Source: Candidatus Binatia bacterium (lineage in GTDB: Bacteria; Desulfobacterota; Binatia; HRBIN30). Taken from it: DNA of 64,000 bases. The notes under the pieces were generated by a model that was not told the DNA's origin, ran no database searches, and was given only the letters and a program-made list of their open reading frames with translations. Where the stretch lies: NCBI GenBank assembly GCA_038245295.1, contig JBBRSP010000004.1, forward strand, positions 1 to 64,000, read 5' to 3'. Of this stretch, positions 1 to 10,592 are shown one piece after another. The number at the start of each line of letters is the position of its first letter. Position 1 is the stretch's first letter. The position numbers and the translations under genes are program-made.

Positions 1-14
1 CCTTGCGGAGCCGG

Positions 15-92
15 CTTCGACAGGCTCAGCCTGAGCGGGTGCTTGGTTGATTTTCAAAGACATTTTGTCCGCTCGCCCTGAGCCCGTCGAAG
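15..92. repeat. REP-like imperfect inverted repeat
   Basis: CTTCGACAGGCTCAGCCTGAGCGG (15-38) and CCGCTCGCCCTGAGCCCGTCGAAG (69-92) are reverse complements at 20/24 positions. Confidence 0.65.
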
Positions 93-152
93 GGTGAGCC
101 TATGTTTTGAGACAGCCTCTTTAGCCTGCGGAGTACTCCCGGGCGAAAGCAG

Positions 153-587
153 TCAGGCAGCCCGACCGAAGTCGCGAGAGAACCAGCGCCGCGGCCGAAT
201 GCGCACGACGATCTCGTTGGTGCCGTTCGGCCGCGTGCCATCGACGTAGGCATCACCGACCTCGGCTCCGAGGTATTTGCGCACGATCGGCTTGAGGTCG
301 CGCTCGACGTCGGCTGGCAGCGCCGACACTACCGTGCCCTGGATGCTCACGTACTTCGGCGGCATCTCCTCCGATTGAACGCAGAAGGCGACTCGGGCTC
401 CCGCCGAGAGCAGAGGCGCCTTGCGTGCCTCTGGCCGCGTGACAAGAACGATCTCGCCGCCAATTTTATAGAGGTACCATACGGGCACCGAGAGCAAACC
501 ACGTCCCGGCTCGTCGATCGTAAGCACGCCGACGTGAATGCCGGCGAGGAATTCCGCTCTCTCCTCAATAGTCATCGGCGCCGGCAC
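153..587 (-). CDS. Pyridoxamine 5'-phosphate oxidase-like (PPOX/F420-dependent split-barrel) protein
   Basis: 144 aa; SVPVWY, RKAPLL, YVSIQG, IRPRRWFSRDF motifs; GAGGAG 7 nt before GTG start. Confidence 0.8.
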   Translation of the reverse strand: MPAPMTIEERAEFLAGIHVGVLTIDEPGRGLLSVPVWYLYKIGGEIVLVTRPEARKAPLLSAGARVAFCVQSEEMPPKYVSIQGTVVSALPADVERDLKPIVRKYLGAEVGDAYVDGTRPNGTNEIVVRIRPRRWFSRDFGRAA

Positions 588-678
588 GATATGGCTCCTC
601 CTTCGCGAGCCATGCCTGCGAGAGGCATAGGCTTGGGCATAGGCTGAGGGGGAGACGCTATGCTAGACGAACGCCATC

Positions 679-1749
679 ATGCAATGGCTGATTGACGCCT
701 GGTTTGAACGACAACGCGAGGTCCAGCCGAAACGCCATGCGGCGCGCACGCGCGACGGCTGGGACTTGGCCTTGTATCGCTATCGACCTACCAAGACGGC
801 CCACCGGACACCGGTCATTCTATGCCACGGGATGTCGTCGAATCGGTGGGACATGGACGGGCCCGGACGCATCTCCATGGCGCGCTTCCTATGGCAAGCC
901 GGCTACGATGTTTGGGTCGTCGAGCTACGCGGTGCCGGTCGATCAACCCGCCCCAACTGGTTCAACGGCAAGAGTTACGACTGGACCTTCGAAGACTACG
1001 TCTATCACGACGCGCCAGCGATCTTGCGCACGGTCTTACGAGAAACAGGCCGCTCCGCGGTGCACTGGGTAGGGCATTCGATGGGTGGCATGATCGCTTA
1101 CGCGTTGCTCATGTCACCGATGCATCGCAAGATCGCCAGCGCCGTGACGCTCGGCTCGCCGACGATGAGCGCCGTCGGCCATCCCTCTCTGGATTTCGGT
1201 TTGCCCTACCGCAGCCTGTTGCGACTGCTCCCCAATCGCGTGCCGATCGGTAGCCTGGCTCGACTCTTCTGGCCCCTGGCACCGGTGCTTGCGACGGGTC
1301 TGCGTGGCTCGATCGACGAGCTCGGCTGGCGCCCCGGCAATGCCGACGTCGGCCTGCTGCGCACGCTGATGCTGACCGCCGTCGACGACGTCCCGGCCTC
1401 TCTCCTGCAGGAGTTCGCGCGCTGGTACGACACCAAGGCCATGAGCGATCGTTACGCCATGTTCGATTTCACGGAGCATCTCGAACGCATCCACACGCCG
1501 ATCCTGATCATCTCGGGAAGTCATGACGGATTGACGCCGGCGCGTGATCTCGAGAACGTCTACGAGCGCATCGGTTCGAAGGACAAACAGTTCAAAGTCA
1601 TCGGCGTCGCCGAAGGCTTTCGCAACGACTACAGCCATGTCGACCTGGTGCTTGGCCGCCATGCTCCTGACGATGTCTACCCGCTGGTGCAACAGTGGCT
1701 CGAAGGCCACGAGCCCAAGGGACGGCGCACAGATTCACTCGCAAATTGA
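679..1749 (+). CDS. Alpha/beta hydrolase (lipase/PHA synthase-like)
   Basis: ILCHG oxyanion motif, GHSMGG nucleophile elbow, Asp (SHDGL) and His (YSHVDL). Confidence 0.85.
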   Translation: MQWLIDAWFERQREVQPKRHAARTRDGWDLALYRYRPTKTAHRTPVILCHGMSSNRWDMDGPGRISMARFLWQAGYDVWVVELRGAGRSTRPNWFNGKSYDWTFEDYVYHDAPAILRTVLRETGRSAVHWVGHSMGGMIAYALLMSPMHRKIASAVTLGSPTMSAVGHPSLDFGLPYRSLLRLLPNRVPIGSLARLFWPLAPVLATGLRGSIDELGWRPGNADVGLLRTLMLTAVDDVPASLLQEFARWYDTKAMSDRYAMFDFTEHLERIHTPILIISGSHDGLTPARDLENVYERIGSKDKQFKVIGVAEGFRNDYSHVDLVLGRHAPDDVYPLVQQWLEGHEPKGRRTDSLAN

Positions 1750-1762
1750 CGAACAGCTTTGA

Positions 1763-2752
1763 TCACACGATGCGCGCGTGATCACAACACAAGCGCCACA
1801 GGCGTTGGCGATCAGCCGGATCCTCGCGTGTCCACGGGACGAAGTGGGTACGCCGCGGCTGACGGTCGAACCAGAATTTCCCGGTATTGCCGGCAATGTG
1901 CCGGCAGATGGCGAGCCAGACGATCGTGTCGGCTCCTTGCGCCGCCGTGCGTAACGCGTGTCGCATGAGCCGATGGAAAGCTGGCAACGAGGTTTGGACG
2001 CCGGGAGTATTCGCCCATCCGGGGTGCATCGCGTAGAAGCTGATCGACGAACCGCGTTCATGCTCGGCCCACAACTCGTTCAGCACCACCTGGGCGCGCT
2101 TGGTCATCGAATAGGCCGCGACGCCATCGAATTTGCGATTCTCGAACTGGGTGTCGGCCAAACTGAGCCGAGTTGGATACATGCCGCCCGAGGATACGGT
2201 GATGACGCGTGCTGCCGGGGCGGCTCGCAAATTCGGCAGTAGGAGATGGGTCAATAGGAACGGCCCAACAACGTTCGTCGCCCACGTTAGCTCGAAGCCG
2301 TCGACGCTCAACGCCGGATGATCGAGTAACACGCCGGCATTATTGACCAGAACATCGACGGGGCGCGCGCCGAAGCGACCGACGAAGTCACGCACGGAAG
2401 CAAGATTCGACACATCGACCTGCTCCACCGTGACCCAGGCCTGACGATGGCCGCGGCGAATCCGTTCGCGCGCTTCTTCACCGCGCTGAAGGTCACGGCA
2501 CAGCAAACGGACGTCGGCGCCCTTACGAGCCAGCGTGCGGGCTGCGGCAAACCCGATCCCCGCGTTGGCGCCGGTGATCAAACAGACCTTGCCGTGTACG
2601 TCGACTTCAAGGTCTTCGTCGCGAAACATCGAGCTGTGGACGAAATACCCGGTGCGATCGAACGACAACACAACGGTTGGATCGATCAGGCAGGAGACGA
2701 CTCGGCCCAGCAGAGGTCCGAGACTCCACGTATCAACGTCCAGGTGCGCCAT
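1763..2752 (-). CDS. Short-chain dehydrogenase/reductase (DHRS12-like)
   Basis: TGANAGIG, NNAG, SSGG, YSMTK, MHPGWANTPG. Confidence 0.9.
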   Translation of the reverse strand: MAHLDVDTWSLGPLLGRVVSCLIDPTVVLSFDRTGYFVHSSMFRDEDLEVDVHGKVCLITGANAGIGFAAARTLARKGADVRLLCRDLQRGEEARERIRRGHRQAWVTVEQVDVSNLASVRDFVGRFGARPVDVLVNNAGVLLDHPALSVDGFELTWATNVVGPFLLTHLLLPNLRAAPAARVITVSSGGMYPTRLSLADTQFENRKFDGVAAYSMTKRAQVVLNELWAEHERGSSISFYAMHPGWANTPGVQTSLPAFHRLMRHALRTAAQGADTIVWLAICRHIAGNTGKFWFDRQPRRTHFVPWTREDPADRQRLWRLCCDHARIV

Positions 2753-2921
2753 GGCTCTTCAATATGGTGCTGAATCGTACTCCAAGAAACGCTCGAGGAA
2801 AGCTCAATTCGCACTTGGGCGCCAGATAGCCTCAGGCAGGACTTGCCTGTGGGAGGAAGGAGAGAAGCGTCAGACTCGAAGCAAACACGCGTCCTGGGCT
2901 TGACCGCCCAGACCTAATGGA

Positions 2922-5207
2922 GTGAATTGCAGCGTAATGGGGGCACCACGACATGTCGCGACATGGTCTGGCATCGCCGTAGTGCTGGTTAGCACTGCGG
3001 CCGCGGTCGTGGTGCGCTGGGTGGTGCCGTTGGAGTTCGTGCCGAGCCCGTTCACCCCGTTCTTTTTTGCCGTCGTCCTCAGCACTGGGTTCGCCGGTCT
3101 TGGCGCCGGCGTCATTACGACAGCCATCGGCGCGGCCGCGCTTTTCGTCTTGTTCCCCCCCCTCAATCAGGGACCGGCAGCGAGCTTACCTCTTTATGCC
3201 GGCATGTCGTTGGGCCTCGCCTGGGTGATCAGTTGGACCGAGCAGCGAACGCATCAACTGGTGCGGCAACGGACCGCGGAACTTCGCCAGGCCAACGCCG
3301 CGCTGCGCAAAGAGGTCGGCGAGCGCCAACGCGCCCAGACTGCGTTGGCTGAAGAGCGCAATTTCGTCGACGCCCTTTTCGACGCGGTGGGCACGTTCGT
3401 CTACGTGCTCGATGAAGACGGCACCATCGTGCGCGTCAACCGTGCCTGCGAAGTGATGCTCGAATACAACTTGAGCGAGATCAGCGGCCAGCCATTCTTC
3501 GAATTGATTCCTGACCCGACTCGACGTCAATCGGCGGTCACGGCGTTCCAACACCTCACTTCGAATCCGTTACCGGCCGAGTACGAGTTTCAGTGGATAA
3601 CCCGCAGCGGCCGCGAGCTCATCCTGCATTGGAGCATGACACGCCTGGTGACGAAGCAGGGTAACTATGTCATCGGCTCGGGCATCGACGTCACCGAACA
3701 ACGCAAACTGGAAGCGACGTTGCGGGAAGAAAAGGAGCGCTTCGCGCGCGTCTTCGCCAATGCCCCGACGGGCATGGCCTTGCTCGCACCCGATAGCCGC
3801 CCGACGCAGATCAACGAGGCCTTCGCCCGCATGATGGGCTTCGGGCGGGATGAGATGCTGGGCATGAACGTCGCCGATCTTATGGACCCTGCGGACCTCG
3901 ATCAGAGCGAGCAGGATCGCAGCAAACTTCTGAGCGCCGATGTCGGTGTGTACCGCGCGGAAAGGCGGTTGCGGCATCGCAACGGTTCCGAGGTGTGGGC
4001 TGACGTCAGCGTGTCTGCCCTGCGTGATGTTCACGGCACACTCCAGAGTATGATTGCCCAGCTGCGCGACATCACGGCCCACAAGCGCATCGAAGCGGAG
4101 CTGCGCGAGAGTGAAATGAAGTTTCGCGTCCTCGCCGAAACCGTCGCCGTCGCCATTTTCTTGTACCGAGGCGATCGCAATCTCTACGTCAACCGTCGAG
4201 CCGAAGAGCTCAGCGGTCGCAGCCGCGAGGAGCTCCTGGCAATCCCGACCTGGGAAATCATCCATCCGGATTGGCGCCCCCTGGCGCGCGAACGCGGCAC
4301 AGCTCGGCAACGTGGTGAAGCCGTCGCGCAGCACTATGTTCTGCAGATCCTGCGCCCCGACGGCCAAGCACGCTGGATCGACTATACGGCGGCTGTCGTC
4401 AACTTCGAGGGAGCCCCGACGATCCTGGGCACGGCTTTCGACGTCACCGACTTGAAGAATGCCGAAGAGCAGGTGCGCCAGCGCGAGGCCGAGCTAGCTC
4501 ACGTGTTACGGCTGCACACGATCGGAGAAATGGCCGCCGAGTTGGCACATGAGATCAACCAACCGCTGGCGGCGATCGTCAACTACGCTCGCGGTTGCAC
4601 ACGACGCATCGATTCCGGGAACGCTGTGCCGCAGGAGATCCGCGAGACGGTCGAGCTCATCGCCGCCGAGGGTTTGCGTGCCGGCGAAGTCATTCGCCGC
4701 CTACGGCAACACATCCGCAAGGACACACCGGCGCGGGCAAACATAGACCTGCATCATCTGATTCGATCCTCCTTGCAATTCGTCGAGCGCGAGGCGCGTG
4801 ACGCCGACGTGTCCATCAAACTGTCGCTCCACGGCGAGCCGATTCCGGTAGCCGTCGATGCGGTACAAATCGAACAGGTCGTCCTCAATGTCCTGCGCAA
4901 CGCGATGGAGTCGCTGCAGAGTAAGAGCGAGCCGAATCGGACGATCCACATCACGTCGCGCGCCACCGCTCTGGCGGAGCTCGTCATCGAGGACAACGGG
5001 CAAGGTTTCGCCGGCGACATCGCGCCGCGCCTCTTTCAACCGTTCTTCACAACCAAAGTCGCCGGTCTTGGAATGGGTCTTTCCATCAGCCGCTCGATCA
5101 TCGAAGCTCATGGTGGAACGATCAAGGCGGAGTCAGCCGCTCATGGCGGAGCGCGCATCCAAATCCGTTTGCCACACGCGGAGGAGAGCCTTGTCTATGT
5201 CCACTGA
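2922..5207 (+). CDS. Membrane PAS-domain sensor histidine kinase (FixL-like)
   Basis: N-terminal TM helices, three PAS/PAC repeats, H-box LAHEINQPL, N-box, DNGQG, FFTTK, GLGMGL; exact start uncertain. Confidence 0.9.
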   Translation: MNCSVMGAPRHVATWSGIAVVLVSTAAAVVVRWVVPLEFVPSPFTPFFFAVVLSTGFAGLGAGVITTAIGAAALFVLFPPLNQGPAASLPLYAGMSLGLAWVISWTEQRTHQLVRQRTAELRQANAALRKEVGERQRAQTALAEERNFVDALFDAVGTFVYVLDEDGTIVRVNRACEVMLEYNLSEISGQPFFELIPDPTRRQSAVTAFQHLTSNPLPAEYEFQWITRSGRELILHWSMTRLVTKQGNYVIGSGIDVTEQRKLEATLREEKERFARVFANAPTGMALLAPDSRPTQINEAFARMMGFGRDEMLGMNVADLMDPADLDQSEQDRSKLLSADVGVYRAERRLRHRNGSEVWADVSVSALRDVHGTLQSMIAQLRDITAHKRIEAELRESEMKFRVLAETVAVAIFLYRGDRNLYVNRRAEELSGRSREELLAIPTWEIIHPDWRPLARERGTARQRGEAVAQHYVLQILRPDGQARWIDYTAAVVNFEGAPTILGTAFDVTDLKNAEEQVRQREAELAHVLRLHTIGEMAAELAHEINQPLAAIVNYARGCTRRIDSGNAVPQEIRETVELIAAEGLRAGEVIRRLRQHIRKDTPARANIDLHHLIRSSLQFVEREARDADVSIKLSLHGEPIPVAVDAVQIEQVVLNVLRNAMESLQSKSEPNRTIHITSRATALAELVIEDNGQGFAGDIAPRLFQPFFTTKVAGLGMGLSISRSIIEAHGGTIKAESAAHGGARIQIRLPHAEESLVYVH

Positions 5208-5847
5208 TCCAACCGTCTTCGTCGTCGATGACGATCCGGCAATGCGGCAGTCACTGCGCTGGCTCCTTCAATCGGTGGGCCTCAGCGTAGACACCTTTGC
5301 CACAGCCGAGGAGTTCCTGACGAGCTATCGCCCAGAGGCGCGTGGTTGCCTCTTGCTGGATGTCCGCATGCCCGGGCTGGGAGGCCTCGGTCTGCAGGAC
5401 GAATTGAACCGGCGTGAAGTACACCTGCCCGTGATCATCATCACCGCCTTCGCTGAAGTGCCCATGGCGGTCCGCGCCCTCAAGGGCGGCGCCAGCGACT
5501 TTCTTGAAAAGCCGTTCTCCGATGAGGTCCTGATCGAACGCGTGAAGGACGCAATTACGGCCGATCAGACCAACCACGAGGCCAACCTCCAGCGCGCCGC
5601 CGCCGCCGACCTGATCTCCCGCTTGAGCGTGCGGCAGAGGCAGGTGATGGATCATGTCGTGCAAGGGAAGCAGAACAAGCTGATCGCCGATATTCTGGGC
5701 ATTCGAGAGAAAACGGTGGAAGTTCACCGCGCTCAGCTTATGCGACGCCTCAACGTTGACACGCTGGCAGCTCTCGTCCGTCTCGTAACCCTTGTCGATC
5801 ATGGGCAGGGTAAACCCGTAGATCGTTACAGGAAGTTCCCAAGTTGA
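5197..5847 (+). CDS. Response regulator, FixJ family (REC + LuxR HTH)
   Basis: VFVVDDD, LLDVRMPG, FLEKP, KTVEVHRAQLM; ATG at 5197 overlaps kinase end. Confidence 0.9.
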   Translation: MSTDPTVFVVDDDPAMRQSLRWLLQSVGLSVDTFATAEEFLTSYRPEARGCLLLDVRMPGLGGLGLQDELNRREVHLPVIIITAFAEVPMAVRALKGGASDFLEKPFSDEVLIERVKDAITADQTNHEANLQRAAAADLISRLSVRQRQVMDHVVQGKQNKLIADILGIREKTVEVHRAQLMRRLNVDTLAALVRLVTLVDHGQGKPVDRYRKFPS

Positions 5848-5878
5848 GATTGCGCTGCTGTCGGGCGCAAATGCGCTC

Positions 5879-6259
5879 ATGGCGAATGGCTTCCAGGGAC
5901 GGAACTGGTCGACGAGCAGCACGGTTTGGCGTGCCCTCGATGTACTGACTGCGACCGAACGCGCCGTCCTGTGCGATCGATTCCAACTGGAACCGCAATC
6001 CAACAACGCCGATAACGTCGCGCCTATGTCCGAGAACACATCGACGTTCACCGAGCGGCTGGCCCTGCGCAAACTGCGTCGGGCTTCGATGCTGCAAGGC
6101 TTGAACGAATCAGATCATGCCGTCGGGTCCTGGTCGGACTCCCCTGTGGGTAGCGATCGACTCACCCCGACGTTTCGAAAAGACTGGCCTGCCTCCTTCC
6201 TTCGACAATGGGAGGCATGGCTAGGGGGCAGCGGTGCGGATTGGTGGGACGAGGCCTAA
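5879..6259 (+). CDS. Hypothetical protein with degenerate sigma-70 region 4-like segment
   Basis: ALDVLTATERAVLCDRFQL...ERLALRKLRRAS resembles RpoD region 4. Confidence 0.5.
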   Translation: MANGFQGRNWSTSSTVWRALDVLTATERAVLCDRFQLEPQSNNADNVAPMSENTSTFTERLALRKLRRASMLQGLNESDHAVGSWSDSPVGSDRLTPTFRKDWPASFLRQWEAWLGGSGADWWDEA

Positions 6260-6350
6260 GAGGGGGGCGTCGCCAACAAATCGCTGCAGTCATTTTCGCG
6301 GAGGCAGAGTTCCTTCGCAAATGACTGCAGCGATCCGTCCCGTTTTTGTA

Positions 6351-7268
6351 CTACTCTTCAAAAACCAGTACCGCCGCGCGCAGCATATCGTCCGAAGTAA
6401 CCAGGCCGTCACCATCAACGTCGGCGCCGCCGCAATCACTCATTGAGGCGGCCACCACCAGCGCCACCTCTTCGATATCACCCGCGCTGCGTTTGCCGTC
6501 GCAGTTGGCGTCACCTACCAAGACCGGTGTCGGGCTTGCCGTCGCGGTTGCTGTGGCTGTCGCACTGGGTTGAGAGGTGACGGAGGCTGTCGCCGACGAC
6601 GTATAGGTTGGCGTCGCCATCTGTGTCTCCGTCGCGGTTGATGTCGGTGTTGGCTCCGCCATCGTCGGCGTTACCGTGAAGGTGGCCGTTTCGGTAGGGG
6701 TCGGCGTTGGCGTCTCGGATCTGGTCTTCGTCGCTGTTCTGGTTGGCGTCGACGTGACCGACGGCAGAGGCGTCACGCTGCCAACCGCAACAAAGAATTG
6801 TACCGCGGCAGCCATGTCACCGCTGGTTGTGCCATTGAAATTGACGCTGTTGCCCGCCCCGTAGAGGATGTAGTTGTGGGCTTTTGCGGGCGCCTTCCAA
6901 CGCACCATGAATGTCGTCACGCCCTCGGAGCTACTCACCTTTGGTGCGGTCTGCACGATCTCGCCCGACTGCTCCCTCGTCCCTTGTCCGTTAATGGACG
7001 AGAGTGTCCCGTCGCTCGCCGCGATGTCGACGCCGGCGCGCCCTTGCAGCGAGCTTGTCGCGCTGACGGTAAACGTGAATGTCGAGGTCTGGCCGGGGTT
7101 CATGGCGGCTGGGCCGTCAAACGCAACCACGGGAACGCTACCGCCGCTGTGACAGATATTACAGTTGAAACCCGACTTCCCCGAATAGCCGGCAAGCCCG
7201 GTCGAGTTGGCCCAGGAAGCCGAAGCTAGAAGCCCGAGTACGCAAACGCTGAGAATGATCCGTCGCAT
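6351..7268 (-). CDS. Secreted protein: CxxCH-containing Reeler-like domain, Thr/Pro linker, C-terminal dockerin-like domain
   Basis: Signal peptide [27 protein letters not shown] linker; GDANCDG...[14 protein letters not shown]; start moved to 7268. Confidence 0.75.
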   Translation of the reverse strand: MRRIILSVCVLGLLASASWANSTGLAGYSGKSGFNCNICHSGGSVPVVAFDGPAAMNPGQTSTFTFTVSATSSLQGRAGVDIAASDGTLSSINGQGTREQSGEIVQTAPKVSSSEGVTTFMVRWKAPAKAHNYILYGAGNSVNFNGTTSGDMAAAVQFFVAVGSVTPLPSVTSTPTRTATKTRSETPTPTPTETATFTVTPTMAEPTPTSTATETQMATPTYTSSATASVTSQPSATATATATASPTPVLVGDANCDGKRSAGDIEEVALVVAASMSDCGGADVDGDGLVTSDDMLRAAVLVFEE

Positions 7269-7328
7269 CTTCACCTTGAAGGACGCTGGACAATGAAATA
7301 ACTCGCGCCCAGGGTCAATCCGCAATCG

Positions 7329-9044
7329 ATGTCTACGCTTGCCGCCGACGTGGCCGACTACTGCTTCCGCGACGACTCCATGTTCGTTGTGCCGATCGAA
7401 CACCTCGGGCCGCGAGGCATGACTGTATCGTTTCGCCAAGAACTGGCAAGCCGCGAGCGCGTCGCAGCCGGTTGGAGCGATAACTTCGACGCCGCCTTTG
7501 CGCTCTACCAGGAACGTGCGGCGGCCCTGGCGGCACGGCTGCCCGGAGAATGGATGCCACCGCGCCTGCAGCACTGCTGCGTCATCACGCAACCAACGCG
7601 GGTGCGGCCGTTCTTTCAACCGTTCAACCAATCAGCCTGGCTCTTCTACGCCGACGACTTTGCTCCCGCGACATCGAGCCGCGAGCGCGCAACCTATCTG
7701 TTCTTCCATATGGAACGTATGGGGCTGCTGCGCGACGTCTCGCAAACCCTGGTGCGCAATTTGTCGTACTTCCTCACCCTGTCAGACGAGCAGAGCAATG
7801 ACTTTGCCGATGGCTGTCGACGCTCGACACGTCCCGACGCGGCGGGCTTCGTGGCTCTCGCCGAAGCGCTTCCTTGGATCCGTGGCCTAACTCACCCCGT
7901 GCTCAATCCGTCGCGGCTCGTGGCGATGACACCTGCCCTGGCACTCGCCAACACCACCCTGACGCTACCGCAAGCCTGGCGACCCCGTTTCGACGTCTTG
8001 ATGCAAGCATGGGCAGCCGCGGCCCAATCGGCGGTGGAGCAGTTCCATCAGACCTATGCGCGCCGCGGCAAGGAGCGCGGCGGCGAGCTGTGTCGGTGGA
8101 TCAGCGAGAAGCAGCCGCGGCTGCTTCTGACAGACAAGAGCGGGATCGTCTGGGACTTCGAACGGCCGGAAGACACGGTAGCCTTACGCAAGGCACTCGG
8201 CGGTGTCGGGCAAGAGACCGCCGACAGTCTGCGCCGTGATTGGCAGGCCATCGATCGCCTGAGCCGCGCCTTTCTGGCCTGCCTCGCACCCGGCACGCGA
8301 CTGCCGGAAGTCCACAGCGACCCAGGCCAAAACGGGCTCAGCTACATGCACCGCGAGCGTCAGGTCATCGCGTACAATCTGCGCGAGGCAGGCATGGAAC
8401 GCCTGAAGGTCCCGGCGCCGCCCTACGAGCGGCTGATGCTGGGGGCTCGCACCATTCACGAGTGGGGACACTTGGCGGCCGACGCGGGTTGGATCCATGT
8501 CGCACCGCAGCGCCGGGATATCTACGACACGCAAACCCGCGAGCTGTGCGATCTTCTGGATCGTTGTGCCCAAGACCTGCCATCGAAGCTCGGCGCGATG
8601 GTGTCGCCCGAGCTGATCAATCTTCGCGGCAAACACGGCAGCGTCGGTCGGGGCTTGGCGCGAGTGGCCCTCGACCGCATGTCGGACTTTCAGAGTAACC
8701 TGCTGGCGCGCGCCTTTCTGAGCGCCGACGAAACCGACACCTATGTCCGCAACAACGTCGTCAGTCGCTTCGGAGCGAGCCGTCCAAGTGCCGTGTTGCA
8801 GCGACTGGTGCGCTCCGCCTTCGAGTATCAGTACCTGCGCTTCAGTCGGATCGCGGACCCGCTGGCATACTTCCTCGACTCGACGTGGTTCCGCGAGGAG
8901 TACCTCCACAGCGGCGTCATCCGCGGGGTCGATCTCGCTCCGCTGCTGAGTCTCGTCGGCGCCCTTTGTGACGCGCAAGAGATCGATCCGCAAATCCTCC
9001 GATTCCCGGCCGTGCCGGCACCCAGACACATCGCCACAACGTAG
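7329..9044 (+). CDS. Hypothetical protein with HExxH motif
   Basis: 571 aa [12 protein letters not shown]. Confidence 0.7.
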   Translation: MSTLAADVADYCFRDDSMFVVPIEHLGPRGMTVSFRQELASRERVAAGWSDNFDAAFALYQERAAALAARLPGEWMPPRLQHCCVITQPTRVRPFFQPFNQSAWLFYADDFAPATSSRERATYLFFHMERMGLLRDVSQTLVRNLSYFLTLSDEQSNDFADGCRRSTRPDAAGFVALAEALPWIRGLTHPVLNPSRLVAMTPALALANTTLTLPQAWRPRFDVLMQAWAAAAQSAVEQFHQTYARRGKERGGELCRWISEKQPRLLLTDKSGIVWDFERPEDTVALRKALGGVGQETADSLRRDWQAIDRLSRAFLACLAPGTRLPEVHSDPGQNGLSYMHRERQVIAYNLREAGMERLKVPAPPYERLMLGARTIHEWGHLAADAGWIHVAPQRRDIYDTQTRELCDLLDRCAQDLPSKLGAMVSPELINLRGKHGSVGRGLARVALDRMSDFQSNLLARAFLSADETDTYVRNNVVSRFGASRPSAVLQRLVRSAFEYQYLRFSRIADPLAYFLDSTWFREEYLHSGVIRGVDLAPLLSLVGALCDAQEIDPQILRFPAVPAPRHIATT

Positions 9045-9110
9045 AAGCACCCGAGGCATGGATTTGCGCAATTCGTGTTACCCTGCGCCCTTCAGGGAGA
9101 ACCGACGAGC

Positions 9111-10409
9111 ATGAGCAAGACCTCCACCGCCGGCCGAGCGGCGACCGAGCCGGGCGGTACCAGTGCGGAAGCGCCGGTTCTGAACCACGTCCAGCGCCGA
9201 CAGATGGTGATCGCGATTTGTGGCCTCCTCGGTTACCAGGGCTTTACCAGCTCCATCAACGGAATCGGTGCACCGTGGATCGCCGCGAGCTTTCACCTCG
9301 ATCAGTCTGAGATCGCCGGGCTCTACGCTTGGATCTCCCTATCCGCCCTCGGTGCTTTGGCGCTCGGTCGATTGGCGGATAGGGTCGGTCGCCAACGCGT
9401 GTTGTTCTGGTGCATGATCGCCACCCCGCTCAGCGCCCTGGGCGCGGCGCTCTCGTTCAATGTCGCGGTCTTTGTCGGCTTTGATCTCATCCTTTACGCG
9501 TGCGTCGGCGCGACACTCGCCACCGCCGTTGTCATGATAGCCGAGGAGCTTCCTCTCGACGCGCGGGCGCGCGGACAAAGCTTCGGGGGACTGGCTCTCG
9601 GTCTCGGCGGCGGCCTGTGCGTAACGGTCATGCCGCTGCTGGCGGATGGCGGCTACTCGTGGCGCTGGGCCCTGGTGCTCGCCGCAGCTGGGATCTTCGT
9701 TACGCCGTTCCTGGCGCGACGCATCCCCGAGAGCCATCGCTGGACCCATGCGGCGTCGACGGGAGCGATCTCGGCATCACGCTTCCACGATGTTTTCGGT
9801 GCGCGCTACCGCCGGCGCACAATCCCTATCCTGATGAGCTCACTACTCGGCATGATCGCCGGAACGGCCGCCACAAGCTGGTGTTATTATCACGCCGTCA
9901 CCGTCGTCGGTCTCACCGCCAATGCGGCAAGTGTCATGATGCTCGTCGGTGGCGGCATCAGTATGCTGGGCTTCCCGCTTGGCGCTTGGTTTGCCGATCA
10001 TGTCGGCCGTGTACCTACCGTCGTCATCTCCGGCCTGTTGGTCGCGACAGGGTCGGTGTTCTTCTACTGGGGCCCACCAGACCAAGGCGGGTCGCCCGGA
10101 CTTTGGTTGGGTGCCGGCTTCTGTTGGCTGATGGCCGCCATCAACGCGTCACAAGTCGGCGGCAACGCCGCCGCAACGGAGCTCTTCCCGACGGCGCTGC
10201 GCGGCACCATGATTGGTTGGTTTGCCCTCGTCGGCGCCATCGGAGCGGTCACCGCGCAGGTTGCCATCGCCGCCCTCGCCGGCCCACTGGGAGGACTGTC
10301 GACCGTCGTCGGTTATCTCGCTCTCCTGGCCATTCCCAGCGCCATCGTCTTTGGACTCTCGATCGAAGAAACACGCGGCCTCACCCTCGAGGTCGCATCG
10401 CGCGAGTAG
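9111..10409 (+). CDS. MFS transporter
   Basis: About 12 hydrophobic segments, GRLADRVGRQ motif A, ELFPTALRG, EETRG. Confidence 0.9.
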   Translation: MSKTSTAGRAATEPGGTSAEAPVLNHVQRRQMVIAICGLLGYQGFTSSINGIGAPWIAASFHLDQSEIAGLYAWISLSALGALALGRLADRVGRQRVLFWCMIATPLSALGAALSFNVAVFVGFDLILYACVGATLATAVVMIAEELPLDARARGQSFGGLALGLGGGLCVTVMPLLADGGYSWRWALVLAAAGIFVTPFLARRIPESHRWTHAASTGAISASRFHDVFGARYRRRTIPILMSSLLGMIAGTAATSWCYYHAVTVVGLTANAASVMMLVGGGISMLGFPLGAWFADHVGRVPTVVISGLLVATGSVFFYWGPPDQGGSPGLWLGAGFCWLMAAINASQVGGNAAATELFPTALRGTMIGWFALVGAIGAVTAQVAIAALAGPLGGLSTVVGYLALLAIPSAIVFGLSIEETRGLTLEVASRE

Positions 10410-10592
10410 CCATGAAGCCTGATGTCGTGAGATAGAATCCGTGGCAGCGGCGACGAAACGGCAGAAGGATCGCAGGTTCAAACATGTCGGCACTCTGTGT
10501 GCCGGTCGAACACTGCTCAACGCGACAATTGCCGCCTCTCCCGAGTGCCCCGCGTTGACGCCCCGGGCCAAAGAAGGTTTGATCATTTTGGC

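Noticed and set aside
7269..7631. N-terminal extension of the 6351-7631 ORF
   Set aside because: Overlaps the divergent 7329 gene; the signal peptide starts at 7268
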